From Amoebidium appalachense (taxonomy: Eukaryota; Protista; Ichthyosporea): a stretch of DNA of 64,000 nucleotides. This document shows, in pieces, positions 37,975 through 51,290 of the stretch (position 1 is the first letter of the stretch; each line of letters starts with the position of its first letter). Where the stretch lies: positions 248,001 to 312,000 of the forward strand of contig CAVNZM010000008.1 in assembly GCA_963693365.1 (NCBI GenBank), in the 5' to 3' direction. The translations under genes were made by a program, and so were the position numbers. The notes below the pieces were generated by a model, which was not told the origin of the DNA, searched no databases, and worked only from the letters and a program-made list of their open reading frames with translations.

Positions 37975-39052
37975 GGGGGGGGGAGGTTGTATGCACTAGA
38001 GGCTGGGATTATGGAAGCGGAAACATTAAATGAAAAAACACAAAATGTCACAAAATGGGATTGGGCCCCCCAGTGTGGCCTAATATTTAGGCTCTGCTTA
38101 CTTGCACTAGGCCATTCAAAAAGGTATACTCGAATCCCCTTTCTCTTCCACATACAGCTTCCATGCCTGGTTTCTCTCTTTGCTATTCATCGTTCCTATT
38201 TTTTTTTTTTTAGGTGTCACAGTGTGTGCTTGCTACAAGTAGCTAGGGAACGGGGCCACATACGGAGCGTCTCTGTCAACAATGAAGATGCTGTATCTTG
38301 AGCCCTCTGTTTTTTGCAATCGGAGGGTGGGTGCCCGCTGGGTCAATGATTGCGGTATCTGGCATGCCATGGTTGGTCAGTTGCTGTACGGCAGAGTATA
38401 GGCGCACCGATCATTTAAGGGTCACCACATCCACTCGGGTCAGGAGGTCACATGATAAGATAAATTTCATGGATTGTAGCCAGTGCACTCTACTGAAAAC
38501 AGACCTCGTGCATGCCTACATGAAAGAATACACAAGAACAACAACACGTACAAGAACAACAACAACAAACAAAAACAACACACAAAAGAACAACAACTCA
38601 CAAAAACAGCACTCACAAGAGCAACAACAACTCACAAAAACAACAGCACACAAAAACAACAACAACAACACTCACAAAAACAACATCCACAAGAAAAACA
38701 ACACTCACAAAAACAACAACACACAAAAAAACAGTCACAAAATCAACACACGCACACACACCTCTTCTCCGCATGCTGAAGCCAGTGTAGGGCCTGGTGG
38801 ATGGCCAAAGAAGACGTCTATGTATGCATTGCAGAGGAGGTCAGCCGACCGGATGTGTCTCTGTGCAACACCGTCAGCAACGTCAAACTTCCGGTAATAC
38901 TGCCTGCAAACGTGCACATGTACGGCCACTCACTGGATATCGATGGTGGTTTTGACGTGTCTTAAAGTCATAAGGAAGTCTGAGGGCAACATGCCCATGT
39001 ATGTGCATTTCAAAAATAAACTACCAGGTGAATCCATCTCTCCTTTCCATAT
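36295..39052 (-). CDS. Phosphatidylethanolamine-binding protein (PEBP/RKIP family) domain with an N-terminal extension
   Basis: Exons 39052-38934, 38903-38762, 38358-38264, 37893-37699, 36896-36785 and 36333-36295 are in phase. They encode CGEEIPQSLTQRAPTL..., RYSIFIVDRDAP (DPDAP motif), PYLHLGLVNVPG, WKAPSPPMNSGCHRYYVLAYRQ (GxHRY) and RERFDVEDYAKANGL. Confidence 0.85.
37369..37478 (+). repeat. 36-bp tandem repeat, 3 copies (tgtttgaatattcatggatattcttaaagcgcagta)
   Basis: Directly visible in a PEBP intron. Confidence 0.9.
38530..38750 (+). repeat. AAC-rich degenerate minisatellite (acaaaaacaacaactc-like)
   Basis: Directly visible in a PEBP intron. Confidence 0.8.
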
Positions 39053-39403
39053 CTGGGGGGGGGGGGGGGGGGGGGGGGGGGAAGAAAGAAGGACATCAAG
39101 GTGGTGGTGGTCATGAGGGTGGGGATGGGGGCAAAAGTGAGAACCAAACAAAAAAGATAAAATAATATCCACAGGAAGCCACGTATAACACGTGCAGCAC
39201 TAGGTATTTGGACCAGTTCTTTTCAGAGCATATGTGCTAGACTGCAGGTGGTCGGATGACGGTCAACACCAAAGAGCAAACACATGCAGGCATACCCACA
39301 CAGCAGGAATGGGGGTGGCATGCAGGCAGGACTTGGTTAGATACACAAACAATCACGGGCAACGTAGCACGTGCATGAATGGAAACACACAGGGAGCACT
39401 CAC

Positions 39404-41167
39404 AATTGGTTTATCTGTGCCCCGTTTGAATCGGACGGCTGATACCTGCATGGCCCCATGCGGCATACGTTAGTGGTGTGATAGTTCACAAGTAACGCAA
39501 GTGATGTATAAATTTATACATAATGCAAGTGGTCTAAATATTCACAAATACACACATGTGTTGGTGTCTGGTCCGGCACCCGGCTTAAAAAAAATAAACC
39601 GCTTTTATATCTTTTTGTTAACCCGCTTTGACAGTGCTATATCAGAACAATTCCGCACAGATTACTTATAATACCTGGGTACAGAGACACCACAATGTAC
39701 GCCAAACCATAGCGTACATCAGTCATACCCGGTTACAATTCTACCAACATGCATGATGACACCGAACGGCCCGTGTGGTGCATTGTTCACCCCTAGTTCC
39801 TTTAAGAGTTATGTCACGAAACACACCCAGCCTCAGAATGACACCGCAGCCTGGATGGGAAAAAAAAACAAACAAACAAACACAAAAAAAAACAAAAAAA
39901 AACAACATCAAGAGCCCTCCCTGATCACCGTGCACCAAAGACCACCATGCAACCCCGCACTGCCACATGGAACCAACGGTGCAAAGTGAATGATATGAGA
40001 AAGCTGCAGTAAATGTGGTTCTTCCCTGGAAAACATCCCTCGCTTATACTGACATGTTAATTATTTAAGTTTTATCTGTTTCTCGATCCATAGTTTGTAG
40101 ACTTTTCTTTTTAACACAAAATCGCTGGGGGTTTTTTGTGTGAGAGAATTTATTAGGCCCCACAATGTTGCAGCCTCACACGCGCACACGCCAACACATT
40201 ACAACTGCCACCTGTCTGATTTTTGTTGCATGACCCGCACAAAAAGGTCCGAAATTGTTCAATGCTGTTGATAATATGACGAGAAAGCTTTATCACGTGA
40301 ATTGCAGGATAGAAAATGTGATGCGGAATCGTGAGAATGAGTGTGAATGAACGGGAAACATTCATCGAACCGTGTAAGGATATATTCCAACTGCTGCAGC
40401 CTCCATATGATTAATTATCCACGTACATACGTCACTCAGAATTCAACCAGGGGAAAAAAAAACACGTCCGTGTGCTCGGGAGAATCTTCACGCCCTACAC
40501 TGCACCGTGGGTCGTTGTGTAATCGTATGCGTGCAAAGAAACGCGAAAAACACACAAAAATGATTCGGGCCAAATTCGCTGAGGAAAACGAAGTCTCGTG
40601 TGATTCCAAAAGCTGCTGCCAAGCCACGTATAAACAACTACGTTTACTTTCACGCGTCCATTGCTAAATATTATTAAATGGAGTTTCCGTTGCAGGGCAT
40701 ATGGGATGCCAGTGCTGAAATAGTTCTGCCTGTGTTTTCTGCTGCAATGAAGCACATTCGTACCGCCACGCTCCCTGACACGTGGGCACGCTCCCTCCTG
40801 CCTTATTGGGCCAACCCTCTTGTCCAAGCAGTAACTTATGCGCTGAAAAATGCTCATATCCAGGTACCACTGTTTGTTCTCCCACCATTTCAGTTTGAAA
40901 AATAGAGGCCGAACAGTGCTTGCAACAAAGAATAAATTGGCGGGATTAAGTTTGCTCCTCGTTTGCATAGACTACCCTAAAAATCCCACGCAAACACTTT
41001 CTCTGTATGCTGTCGTCGTGTTCCCTGAACGTGTTGCGCCCTGCCTGTTCGTGGTGGCTGTCCAGCCCTGCCTGCCCCTGCCTGCACACATACACACACA
41101 ACGGGGCACCTACCAACTGGACGGCGGCCACCAGCAAGCACAGCAGCCGAAGGAGGGGCTGGCACAT
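39404..41167 (-). CDS. Putative 5' exons of the PEBP gene, starting with a signal-peptide-like segment
   Basis: ATG 41167 begins MCQPLLRLLCLLVAAVQL followed by a gtaggt donor. Further candidate exons lie near 41070-40990, 40870-40765, 40610-40506, 39850-39745 and 39445-39404, but the chain is not uniquely resolvable. Confidence 0.35.
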
Positions 41168-44091
41168 GTTACTAAAAATGGGGGCCCGCCTATGATGCTG
41201 GGCCGTACTGTCAGTGCTACGAGCTAGTCGGGCGCGGCATCGGTCACGCACTAATGTGCGCCGGGCACTATGAGTTTCACTCACATACACACCTTCCCTA
41301 GCAAAAAACCACGCGGAGATAAAGGTCAACGCAAACAGGCGCTGTGACGGCTCCTGTGACAGGCAGGGCCTTCAAAACAGGCACACTCACATTCCACGCA
41401 TGCATTCCGTAAAATGGTTGCAAGCGGATTGGCTAATTTTGCTTCGGGAGGAGGGTAAAGAATTTTTCGAAATAAAACTGTCGAACTTCGAGCCTGGACA
41501 GGTTAGCATTCTCATGCACTAGAGCTTTACAACTCCTCAAAAAAGAGATAAATATATATATGAGCATTATTTCATGAACGAGGGTAGCGAATAAGAACTT
41601 CTAGACAAGCAACAGAAGGTCCCCCCATGTGTTCCGCATTCCGGTCTCGGTGAGATCTGCCAGGGGTGACGCCCGCGTGACGTGTGTCAACATGCATTGA
41701 CATCCTTGTGTGTGTGTGTGTGGAATAGCCTTTACAAAGTAGATTATCTTGCTTATTAGGCGCATGGTATAGAGGGTAACTCGGGGGATGTCACATTGTC
41801 ATATGAAGCTTCAGGCATACTTTGGCAAATAGGGCCATGATAGGCAGTACAGTAGCGCCGGCGGACAAGGCAAGAACATAGACCAATTTAGATTTACTAA
41901 TTGAGAATCTCAATGTGTTTGCTTCGCTCTAGGGAGATCCAGCCAGCCGAACTGGCGAAATGAAGGGCTGAGTGATCGGCGGTCATATACCAAATCCTGC
42001 TTATAATGCTGAAAATCAATAGTTTGAATAGAAAAGGGGGTTTGCTCCAATAATAAATAACTTGATAAACAAAGCGACAAGCGATTCTTGTATAAGCAAC
42101 ATGGGGTGTTCGTCGCCTATTTCGTAGCGAAAACAGGCAAAAACCATAATTTCATCATAGACGATCGACCTCGAGGCAAGGTGGTAAGAGGCTATGCAAG
42201 ACTGGTTTTGATGATTTTAGCGATGTAGGCGTTATCGGAGCACCCCGACAGCGGCTTATATCATTTTTGCGCGTCTTTTTATTTCCTAAAACTTTTTCTT
42301 ATGGACGAAAACCAACTTTCTAAGTAAAATCGGGGCCTAACTGCTTTTGAGAGGCTGTCGGTCTGAGATTTTGGCCTGTCACCGCCTGAGCGGCCCTTAC
42401 CTTGGCCCTTACTTTTGGCGCAACCAATCACAAGATTCGAATAGTTCCGGTGAGCCATATAAGGTTAGGCAGAATTTGAAAAAAAACATTTCTAAACCGG
42501 TCTATAGCATCGCTTCTGCCGATCACTTCAAAGTCACGCAGGCTCCATAAATCATTGTGGTTACATGTCATCTCCAGCACCAACATGTCCAGTCTTGCAC
42601 CTTTCTCGTATTTATACGAATGAAATATGAAAGCAATATAAAGCAGTTATCCGTATATAGATTTATAGATATATAATGTGTAATATCTGTACAGTAATTG
42701 AATCACCAGAGAAGCCGCTCAACACAGCCAGCACTCCCTATAAAAGTTGACTCATAGGGTGACTGCTTGGCAAGTTATCCCCAAGGCGTCTCCCTAAACC
42801 CGCACAAGGCTCTCCCGGGAGCAAGCAGTGTACGTCAATGGTTTGTTTACTCGGTCGTCCGACTGTCAAACAATTTGCTTTTACCATATGGCTTTAACAT
42901 AGGCAGATACCAAGTTCACGGCTAATTTTTAAACCCCCTTTTTCTCCCTTTTAGTATTCGTAGCGATTCGGTCAAAGCGGTTGCAAAACGAATATCCTTC
43001 AGAGTCGATCTTGGCCTGCCTGGAAGCTTCAAAAGTGTGTCCATTGAACCCCACATTTTTCACTTTCTTTTGATCGGACTTGCACTACGCAGTAGTACGC
43101 AATTGGCATGCATAGATTATACCGTTTATATGGCAGGGGGGATTTTTTTCTTCCTACTTAAGATGAAAATTTATATGTTTGATTGTAGCTGTATCAAAAT
43201 TGCAGAAGTGTGACGCCCACGTATTCGGACTCTTTTGTTCTCTACTTATGCATTTGCGAAATACTTTTTTTATAATGACTTTATTGATATGCTCATGAAA
43301 GAGAAGCAAGCCGGAGATATCACAGATATCTCAGAGAAGAAAATACAAAAACCCCTACTCACGGATACGGAGGAGATAACGACTCAAATAATCATACAGC
43401 CTAGAAAACTCGTTAAACATACGGTGGTTTAACAGATAGTCAATAGAAGTAATATCAGGATTATCTAAATAAGCTAGTCTTCGAATTTCTAACGGAAGAA
43501 AAAAAACTTTCCGGAATAGCCAAGGCATCCGATCCTTGACTACCCCGGTTGGAGTTAGCTTAGAAGGCCATTGCCATAGTCCTGCACCCAGGCGAGTCCC
43601 ATCAGGGCATCCGATCCCCAATGCGGTAGCTACATCCCGGGATTCGAAATACCCCGCACTTGCAGGATCTATGGCAATTCCAAGCGATATATTTAGTGTT
43701 GTTTTGATTGAGTGGTCCAATCAACAGCATTAAATATATGACAAGAATGCACAATAAAATGCCGTAGAATGTTGGAAACGTTCGTTTTATTAGCTCAAGC
43801 TTGCGAGTGACCATGAAAAGCCCCCCTGTACTGCCGCTTTATTAATGGTATTAACCCCATAGGTCACGTTTTTTCAGATAATTCTCGTTTAACCGGTTTT
43901 TCAATACCGTACGCTATTTATTTTGAAGATCATACACCGGCACAGCCACACGCGCCGAGTGACGCCACATCGGTGCAACAGCCAGCTGCCCCTGAGGTCG
44001 GCAGCAGCAGCATCATTGTAAGGTAGCTGCGCAAGCTATAGGAGCACAGAGAAGTACAGTAGAGGCCGAGTAGGCACAGGGGCTTTGGAAT

Positions 44092-44191
44092 ATGGCCATG
44101 GCCCTAGCATGCTGGAGCGCAGCCGTGTCCCGTATCGTCCCCAGCACCTCAAAAAGAGGTAAACACCTAGCCCTGCCTCCTTCCTTGCGCA

Positions 44192-44230
<39 letters not shown>

Positions 44231-44504
44231 TTCCTTCAAGGCATCTCTCTTCCACCCCCATGCTTCCCCTCCTTTAGAGGCTCACTGTGTCCCTCCCCCC
44301 TCTCTCTCCCCCCTCCTCCCCTCCTTCTCACTGATTTATTTTCTGCTTATCTCTACCTTCCCCACTTTGTAACCGCTAATCAGTTTTCCCGTTGAGCCCC
44401 ACGCTTCTTGCATCCCCGGGTCCCCTCTCCCCCCCCGCCCTCCCCCCCTCCCCCCTACCCCCCTTGCCCCTCTCTCTCTCCTCTCTCTCTCTCTCCCTCT
44501 CTCT

Positions 44505-44564
<60 letters not shown>

Positions 44565-44575
44565 GTCTCTTTCTC

Positions 44576-44621
<46 letters not shown>

Positions 44622-44659
44622 CCCTCTCTCCTTCTCTCTCTCCTCTTCCTTTCTCTCTT

Positions 44660-44690
<31 letters not shown>

Positions 44691-44702
44691 TTCTCTCTCT
44701 CT

Positions 44703-44733
<31 letters not shown>

Positions 44734-44794
44734 TCTCTCTTCCTCACTCCCTTAATCTCTCTCGTCTCTCTCTCTCCTCTTCCTTTCTCTCTTC

Positions 44795-44827
<33 letters not shown>

Positions 44828-45177
44828 CCCCCCCCCCTCCCCCCCCCCTCTCTCTCACTCTCTCACTCTCTCTCCCTCTTTCTCTTCGCGCCTACCCTCC
44901 CCCCCCTCCCCCCTGCCTCTCCCTCCCTACCTCCCTCTCTCCCTCCCTTTCCCCCGCTCTTTCTTTTCTGTCTCACCTCCCCCCCTCTCCGCCCCCTCCC
45001 CCTCCCCCCTCTCGTGCCCCCTCCCCTCTCGTTCGCTGAAGAGCCTCCTCTGTCCACTTTGTCTGTCCGTTCTCTTTCTCCCTCCCTCCCTCCCCTCCCC
45101 CCTCCCCCCCCCCCCCCCCCTTTTCTCTTCCACTTACTCTGGCTCTCCTTTTATGGTTCCACACATACACACACACA

Positions 45178-45226
<49 letters not shown>

Positions 45227-45511
45227 CCCCCCCCCCCCCCCCCCTCCATCCTCGCTCTCTCTGTCTCTGTCTCTCACTCTCTTCTCGTCTCCCTTTCGAT
45301 CTTCTCCCTCTCTTCCACACTCACACCTTTCTCTCTCTCCCTGTCACACTGCTCTTCCCTCTCCTCCGTGTGTTGTTTCTTGGGTCTTCGCCTCATGTTC
45401 TCCTGCACACTCCGCTCTCTCTCCCTTCCACTGCACCACTTCACTTCCAGCAACTATTGTCTGCCCTCTTCTGAAGCGCCCGCGTGCACATACCCACACA
45501 AGCACACGCGT

Positions 45512-45585
<74 letters not shown>

Positions 45586-45654
45586 GCGCGTGTGCGACAG
45601 ACACACACATATAGACGTACCTTGTCCTTTCGTTCTTTTTTCCAGATTCTTAGT

Positions 45655-45693
<39 letters not shown>

Positions 45694-46091
45694 TCCCCCC
45701 TCACCCTCCTCCCTCCCCAAGATGGACTCTGCTTTTGATGCATGCCCTTTGTGTGTGCTTTGCAGATTCTGCATTTGTTGCCCTTTCGTGAATGTCTATT
45801 TCATACCCTGGTAACGTACTCTATCCCCCCCCCCCCCCCCTCCCCCCCTCCTCCCTCCCGACACACACACACGCGCACTCTCTTGCCCATCCTCCATGTG
45901 CAGCCCCCCCTCCGGCCCCCCCCTCCCCGGGGACTATGACCAACTAGGGACGTGTGAGGATTGGCTCTGCTTTTGATTAATGCTCCTTTTTGTGTGCTTT
46001 ACAAACCCTGTATTGTGTTGTCCTTAGTGAATTCGTATCGTACTCTCTCTCTCTCTCTCTCTCAAAACATGCCAACACCCCCCCCCCCCCC

Positions 46092-46129
<38 letters not shown>

Positions 46130-46394
46130 TCGATGCCCCTCTCCCCCTTCTCGCCTGCCCGTTCTTCCCTATTTCCTTTGCTCCTGCAGCATTTGCCCTT
46201 CTTCTCCCTCCCAACCTGTCCGCATGCCTTTGACTCTTTACAGAGTTTCTCATTGCAGTGCTCGTGCGTCTCATGCCTTTCCCTCCGCTTTTCTGCCCAT
46301 TTCAAGGGAATCTGCCCCTATCTGGGTTTCCATTTTCTCCAACTCCTCTCCCCACTTTTCGATGTTAGTGGTTCTCACCCCCAATCTCGACCGT

Positions 46395-46456
<62 letters not shown>

Positions 46457-47109
46457 ACACACACACACCTTTCTACTCCAACCTTTCTCAGGAAACACCC
46501 AATCTCCTTCCCCTTTTGTGTCTGTATCTTCACCTGTTGATTGTTGTGTGGACCGCAGTGTTCCAACCGGTTGGGCTGAGGGTGCAGCAGAGGACATATG
46601 CAGACATGGCGGCACCAGACCTGTTTGGTGTGTGTGTGTGTGGATGGGTGGTTGTGTGTGTGTCTGTGGATGGGCGGTTGGGGGAAAGGGGGGAGGAGGG
46701 TATGGTGGGTGTGTGCTGGCCGGAAGGGGGGGGGGGGGGGGGGGGGGGGGAGGGGAGGGGGAGCGGGAAGGGGAAGGGGCCAGTCATGTAAGGGAACGAT
46801 GGGTGAGGGATGTGTGTGTGTGGGGGGGGGGGGGGGGGGGGGGGAGGTCTTTATGTGTTTGTGTTGTGTGTGTGTATGTGGGTGGGGGGGGACGGTGTGT
46901 ACTGATTTGGGGGTGTGGGATGTGTGGGTGGGGGCCTGGGTCTGTGGTGAGCAGTCTTGTGGGTTTGTGAGTTTGACTATTTGAATGGGTGTGTGTGGCT
47001 CAGTGTGCCAAGAGGTAAGAAAGGAGTGTGGCGGAGTGCTGTGGCGGAGTATAGCCGTAAGGACGTCCACAGAAAATTGGTTATCTATAGATTGGTATAT
47101 ATATAGTGG

Positions 47110-47180
<71 letters not shown>

Positions 47181-47624
47181 GCGCACACGCACGCACGCAC
47201 GCACACGCACATCCAAGTATCTCTGCCATGAGGTGCAAGACTAGACTGCACATGGCCCAAACAGACACAGTGGCTGTGGCAGGCAGCCCATGTTTTGTAG
47301 CACACACACACAGGGGCTGACGTACAGGGGGGCAGGGCGCACGGGGCAGGCACAAAACTATGCCATCTACCGGCCCAGATACACAGCCAGCCTGCTTGGA
47401 AGGATCATGCAGACACAGAGGGAGGACAGGAGGGACAAAATGGTCGATATTGCTTGCGGCAACGGTAGGGCGGCATGGAGGATGTGGGGGTAGGGGCATA
47501 TGGTGGGCGTGGGCTTTGCATGTGTGTGAGTTGGTAAATATATAGCTGGGTTGATTCGGGTGTGGGTGTGGGTGTGCGTTTGTTGACATGTGTGTGTCTG
47601 CATGCATGCTCTCGCGGGCGCGTG

Positions 47625-47687
<63 letters not shown>

Positions 47688-47728
47688 AAATGTGTGTGTG
47701 TACAAATGTGTGTGTGTGTGTATGTGTG

Positions 47729-47764
<36 letters not shown>

Positions 47765-47859
47765 TTTTACAGTTGGGCACATGTTCATGTGTGTGTGTGT
47801 GTGTGTGTGGTTTTACGTGTTGCATAGATGATCTATGCACGCGCGCGTGCGTGTGTGTG

Positions 47860-47892
<33 letters not shown>

Positions 47893-47988
47893 ATTTTACA
47901 GTTGGGCACATGTTCATGTGTGTGTGTGTGTGTGTGTGGTTTTACGTGTTGCATAGATGATCTATGCACGCGCGCGTGCGTGTGTGTG

Positions 47989-48029
<41 letters not shown>

Positions 48030-48047
48030 AAATGTGTGTGTGTACAA

Positions 48048-48087
<40 letters not shown>

Positions 48088-48378
48088 GTGTATGTGTGTG
48101 CATTTTACAGTTGGGCACATGTTCATGTGTGTGTGTGTGTGTGTGGTTTTACGTGTTGCATAGATGGTGTGTGTGTGTGTGTGTGCTGCTATGTCTAGTC
48201 GCATATATCATGGCACCGTGTGCGTTGTGCATGTCCCTGTTACCTTATATGGTGCAACTCCGCCACGTGCACTCACACATGTGTTTCCCTTTTGGTCCAT
48301 GCAGGGCAGGTTCTTGCTGGCCTAGCAAGCAACTTCAAAAAGGCCTATGGATACGACAGAAGTGAGGTTTGTCCCTTT

Positions 48379-48410
<32 letters not shown>

Positions 48411-48607
48411 CCCTCCGTGCCTCCTTGCCCCTCTCCTCCCCTTCCCTCCCCTCGCATTGCTACATGCCTTATTAGTTGTGAGTGACTTGCCATACTTTGT
48501 CTGCCCCACTTTCTTGTGCAACACTAGTTTTGGTCTGCACATTACATGCCTGTGTGTGCCCACAAGTAAGCGGCCACCGGGGTGTGCGTGGTTGTGTGCG
48601 CAGTCCG

Positions 48608-48642
<35 letters not shown>

Positions 48643-50497
48643 CCTGCCCGTGGAAGGATTGGCTCTTTGTATAATGCCTATTCTGAGCATGTATAATGCC
48701 TATTCTTAGTATGCAATATGGATTGTGTTGTCCATCACAAATGCACACGTCGTACTCTCCAAGCCTTCTAACCTAACCCTCCACCCGCCCCCTCCCCCCT
48801 CCCCCCCTCAGGCGCAGCTTCAGCATGCGTGTGTGCTGCCCAATGTGACGTATGGCCGGGCAGATGCCCTTGCTATCCCCCTAGACGACAGCAGTGTCGA
48901 CCTAGTCACGGTAGGGCGTTAACCCCCACATGCATAGAAAGATGTGGGCACGAGGTGCATGCATGGCCATTTGTTCTGAGTAAGACTTGCGTTTGCAGTG
49001 GCAAATGAAGGCGTTATCTGGCTTGGTCGGTGGACGAACACGTGCTACTAGAGGGTACTGCAAATAGTAGCATCACTATGTGATTGGATTTTGGCGAGCA
49101 GTCCACAACTCTGATTGTCTTTTATCCCGGTGGGATATTTTAGGTTCTCGTTGCCTCTAATAGAAATCGATACTAACATAAGTGTTTGTGTGTCCTGGGT
49201 ACCCATTTATATGCATGCCATGCAGTCTGTACATTTTGGTAGCCATATATTTGAAGAAACATCCAACTGCTGTGTATTAGTCTTGTTGTGACCCCACCTG
49301 CTTATATGCATATAACATTAGGCTGGCCTGGCCAGTGTACACGTCCATTTGTTTTAGTGCTCCCTAACCCCCTCCCCCCGACCACCCGCTTCCCAGATTG
49401 GGCAGGCGCTGCACTGGCTGCCCCTACCTGCATTCTTCAGTGAGGTCAAGAGACTGCTGCGGCCTGGGGGCCAGCTAGCCGTGCTGGGCTACGGCACATG
49501 CAGCATCGAGGGGTGCAGGGAGGCTAATGGGGTGCGGGAAAGGGTGGTGTACTGGCCCATGCATGTGTCATGCATGCTGCATGCCACATCCCCCATTAGT
49601 GACTAGGCGATGGAGTTGTAGGCCAAAAAGATGTGTGGGTGGAATATCTGGGAGAGGGTGTTGGACTGGGGTGGAGTGTATGGGGTGTGTTGCGGCAGTG
49701 TGTCGGGGTGTGTGTTGCTGGGTCGGGGGTGCTGCTTCTATCTCTGTTATGTAACTTGATCCCCCTCTCCCTCCCCCCTCCCCCCGCGCCCACCCGCCAG
49801 TTGCTTGCACATCCACTAAGCACGTGCAGATGCCGTGTATAGGCGTGCACGTGCACAATCATGTCATGGGGATGCCCCGTGCCTGCCACTGACACGTCCA
49901 GCAGGTGTTCAGTGCCTACTACCGGTCGCTATCCTCCTACTGGGACTGCAACAGAGAGCAGCTGGATCTGGGCTTCGGTAGCCTTCCCCCCATCCCCCCC
50001 CCCCCCCCCCCCCCCCCCCGCCCCTCCCTGCACGCCTGACCTGAGGTTCTGTTCCCCCCTCCCCTCCCTCTTTCTCTTGAACGCCTGACCTGTCCCCCCT
50101 TCCCCCTCTGCCTCCCCTTTCCCCTCTCCCCCTCTCCCTCCCTCACCTCCACCCTGTAGCACCAGCACCCCTGATTTGGGGTTCTTCCATTACCCCCCCT
50201 TCACTCCTGACCCAAATGGTTCTGGATCCCCACCCCCCCCCCCCCCCCCCACCACACCCTCATGCCTGCCCCAGCCCCGCCACCCCCCTCCTCCACTCCC
50301 TCGAGGCATGCCGTGGCCAATTTATGTTGCTGCACGGGCACGGGCAGGGTGCTGACAGGCAGGGCAGGGCAGGACGAGTTCCCGTTTGAGCACGTGCAGA
50401 GGGTGTGGGAGTGTGACGTGCGCACCATGCCTGTGGGGGACTTTGGCCGCTATCTGGACACATGGTCGGCATACCGCACGTGGAAGGCCAAGCATCC

Positions 50498-50536
<39 letters not shown>

Positions 50537-50561
50537 GTGTGTGTGTGTGTGTGTGTATTTG

Positions 50562-50619
<58 letters not shown>

Positions 50620-50956
50620 GCGCATGTGCTTGTGTGTTTATGCGTATTTGTGTGTGTGCACGTGTGTGGGTGCATGCGCACACGTGCGCTTGTGTGTGTG
50701 CGGGCTTGTGTGCGTGCCAGTTTGTGTGTCTGTTTGCTTTCCTCGCCTTGTATGAGTATGTGTGTGATGGGCAACAGAGCAGTGCTAGCGCAACTTTTTA
50801 TTGTGTGCTAAAAGGCCTTGTTTCGATGCCTACACCTATGGCACCCACACAGGGGAGGAGGATATCCTTGCAGCCCTGCTGGCCAAGCTGCAGCCACTGG
50901 TGGGCCCCACGGTCGAGGTCAGCTTCCCTTACTTCCTGGTCCTGGCCGCAACATAG
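44092..50956 (+). CDS. Class I SAM-dependent methyltransferase (Methyltransf_11; Tmt1/Crg1-like small-molecule type), 9 exons
   Basis: Exons 44092-44158, 46559-46627, 47336-47464, 48305-48366, 48812-48910, 49397-49531, 49905-49977, 50368-50499 and 50853-50956 are in phase. Motifs: [18 protein letters not shown] (motif I), [49 protein letters not shown]. Exon 1 is less certain than the rest. Confidence 0.9.
44420..45330 (+). repeat. (CT)n and C-run polypyrimidine tract with short (CA)n inserts
   Basis: About 900 bp that is almost purely pyrimidine on the + strand, in methyltransferase intron 1. Confidence 0.9.
47690..48170 (+). repeat. Higher-order repeat (about 130-bp unit, 3 copies) embedded in (GT)n
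   Basis: tgcattttacagttgggcacatgttcat...ggttttacgtgttgcatagatg recurs at about 47761, 47890 and 48099. Confidence 0.85.
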
Positions 50957-51290
50957 GCCCTACTTATAGTATCAGCTTCTATTGTTAGAACAGGCCAAAG
51001 GGCCAGAAGTGCATGCACTGTGCCCTTTGGAGGCCAGTGGTATTGGCTTATGCCACATGTAGGCAAAGCAAGAGAGTTAGAGGTGTGTTGATGTATATGT
51101 GGATGTAGCTACCTCTATATAGTAATGATGACCATGTGAATAATCGCTACGCGCATATTATGTCCATGTATTAGTTTGCATGGTGTGGAAGGCTTGTGTT
51201 TTGGTCTTTAATAGATATAACGGTAGATCCATGGGGGTTACCCGTGGTGGCAAATGAGGATATGTATAGTTGCGGAAAGTGTGCAGCTTG

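Noticed and set aside
40694-41195. Plus-strand gene (exon GIWDASAEIVLPVF...AHIQ with plausible splice sites)
   Set aside because: No recognisable motif, and it overlaps the competing minus-strand signal-peptide model. It cannot be decided from sequence alone.
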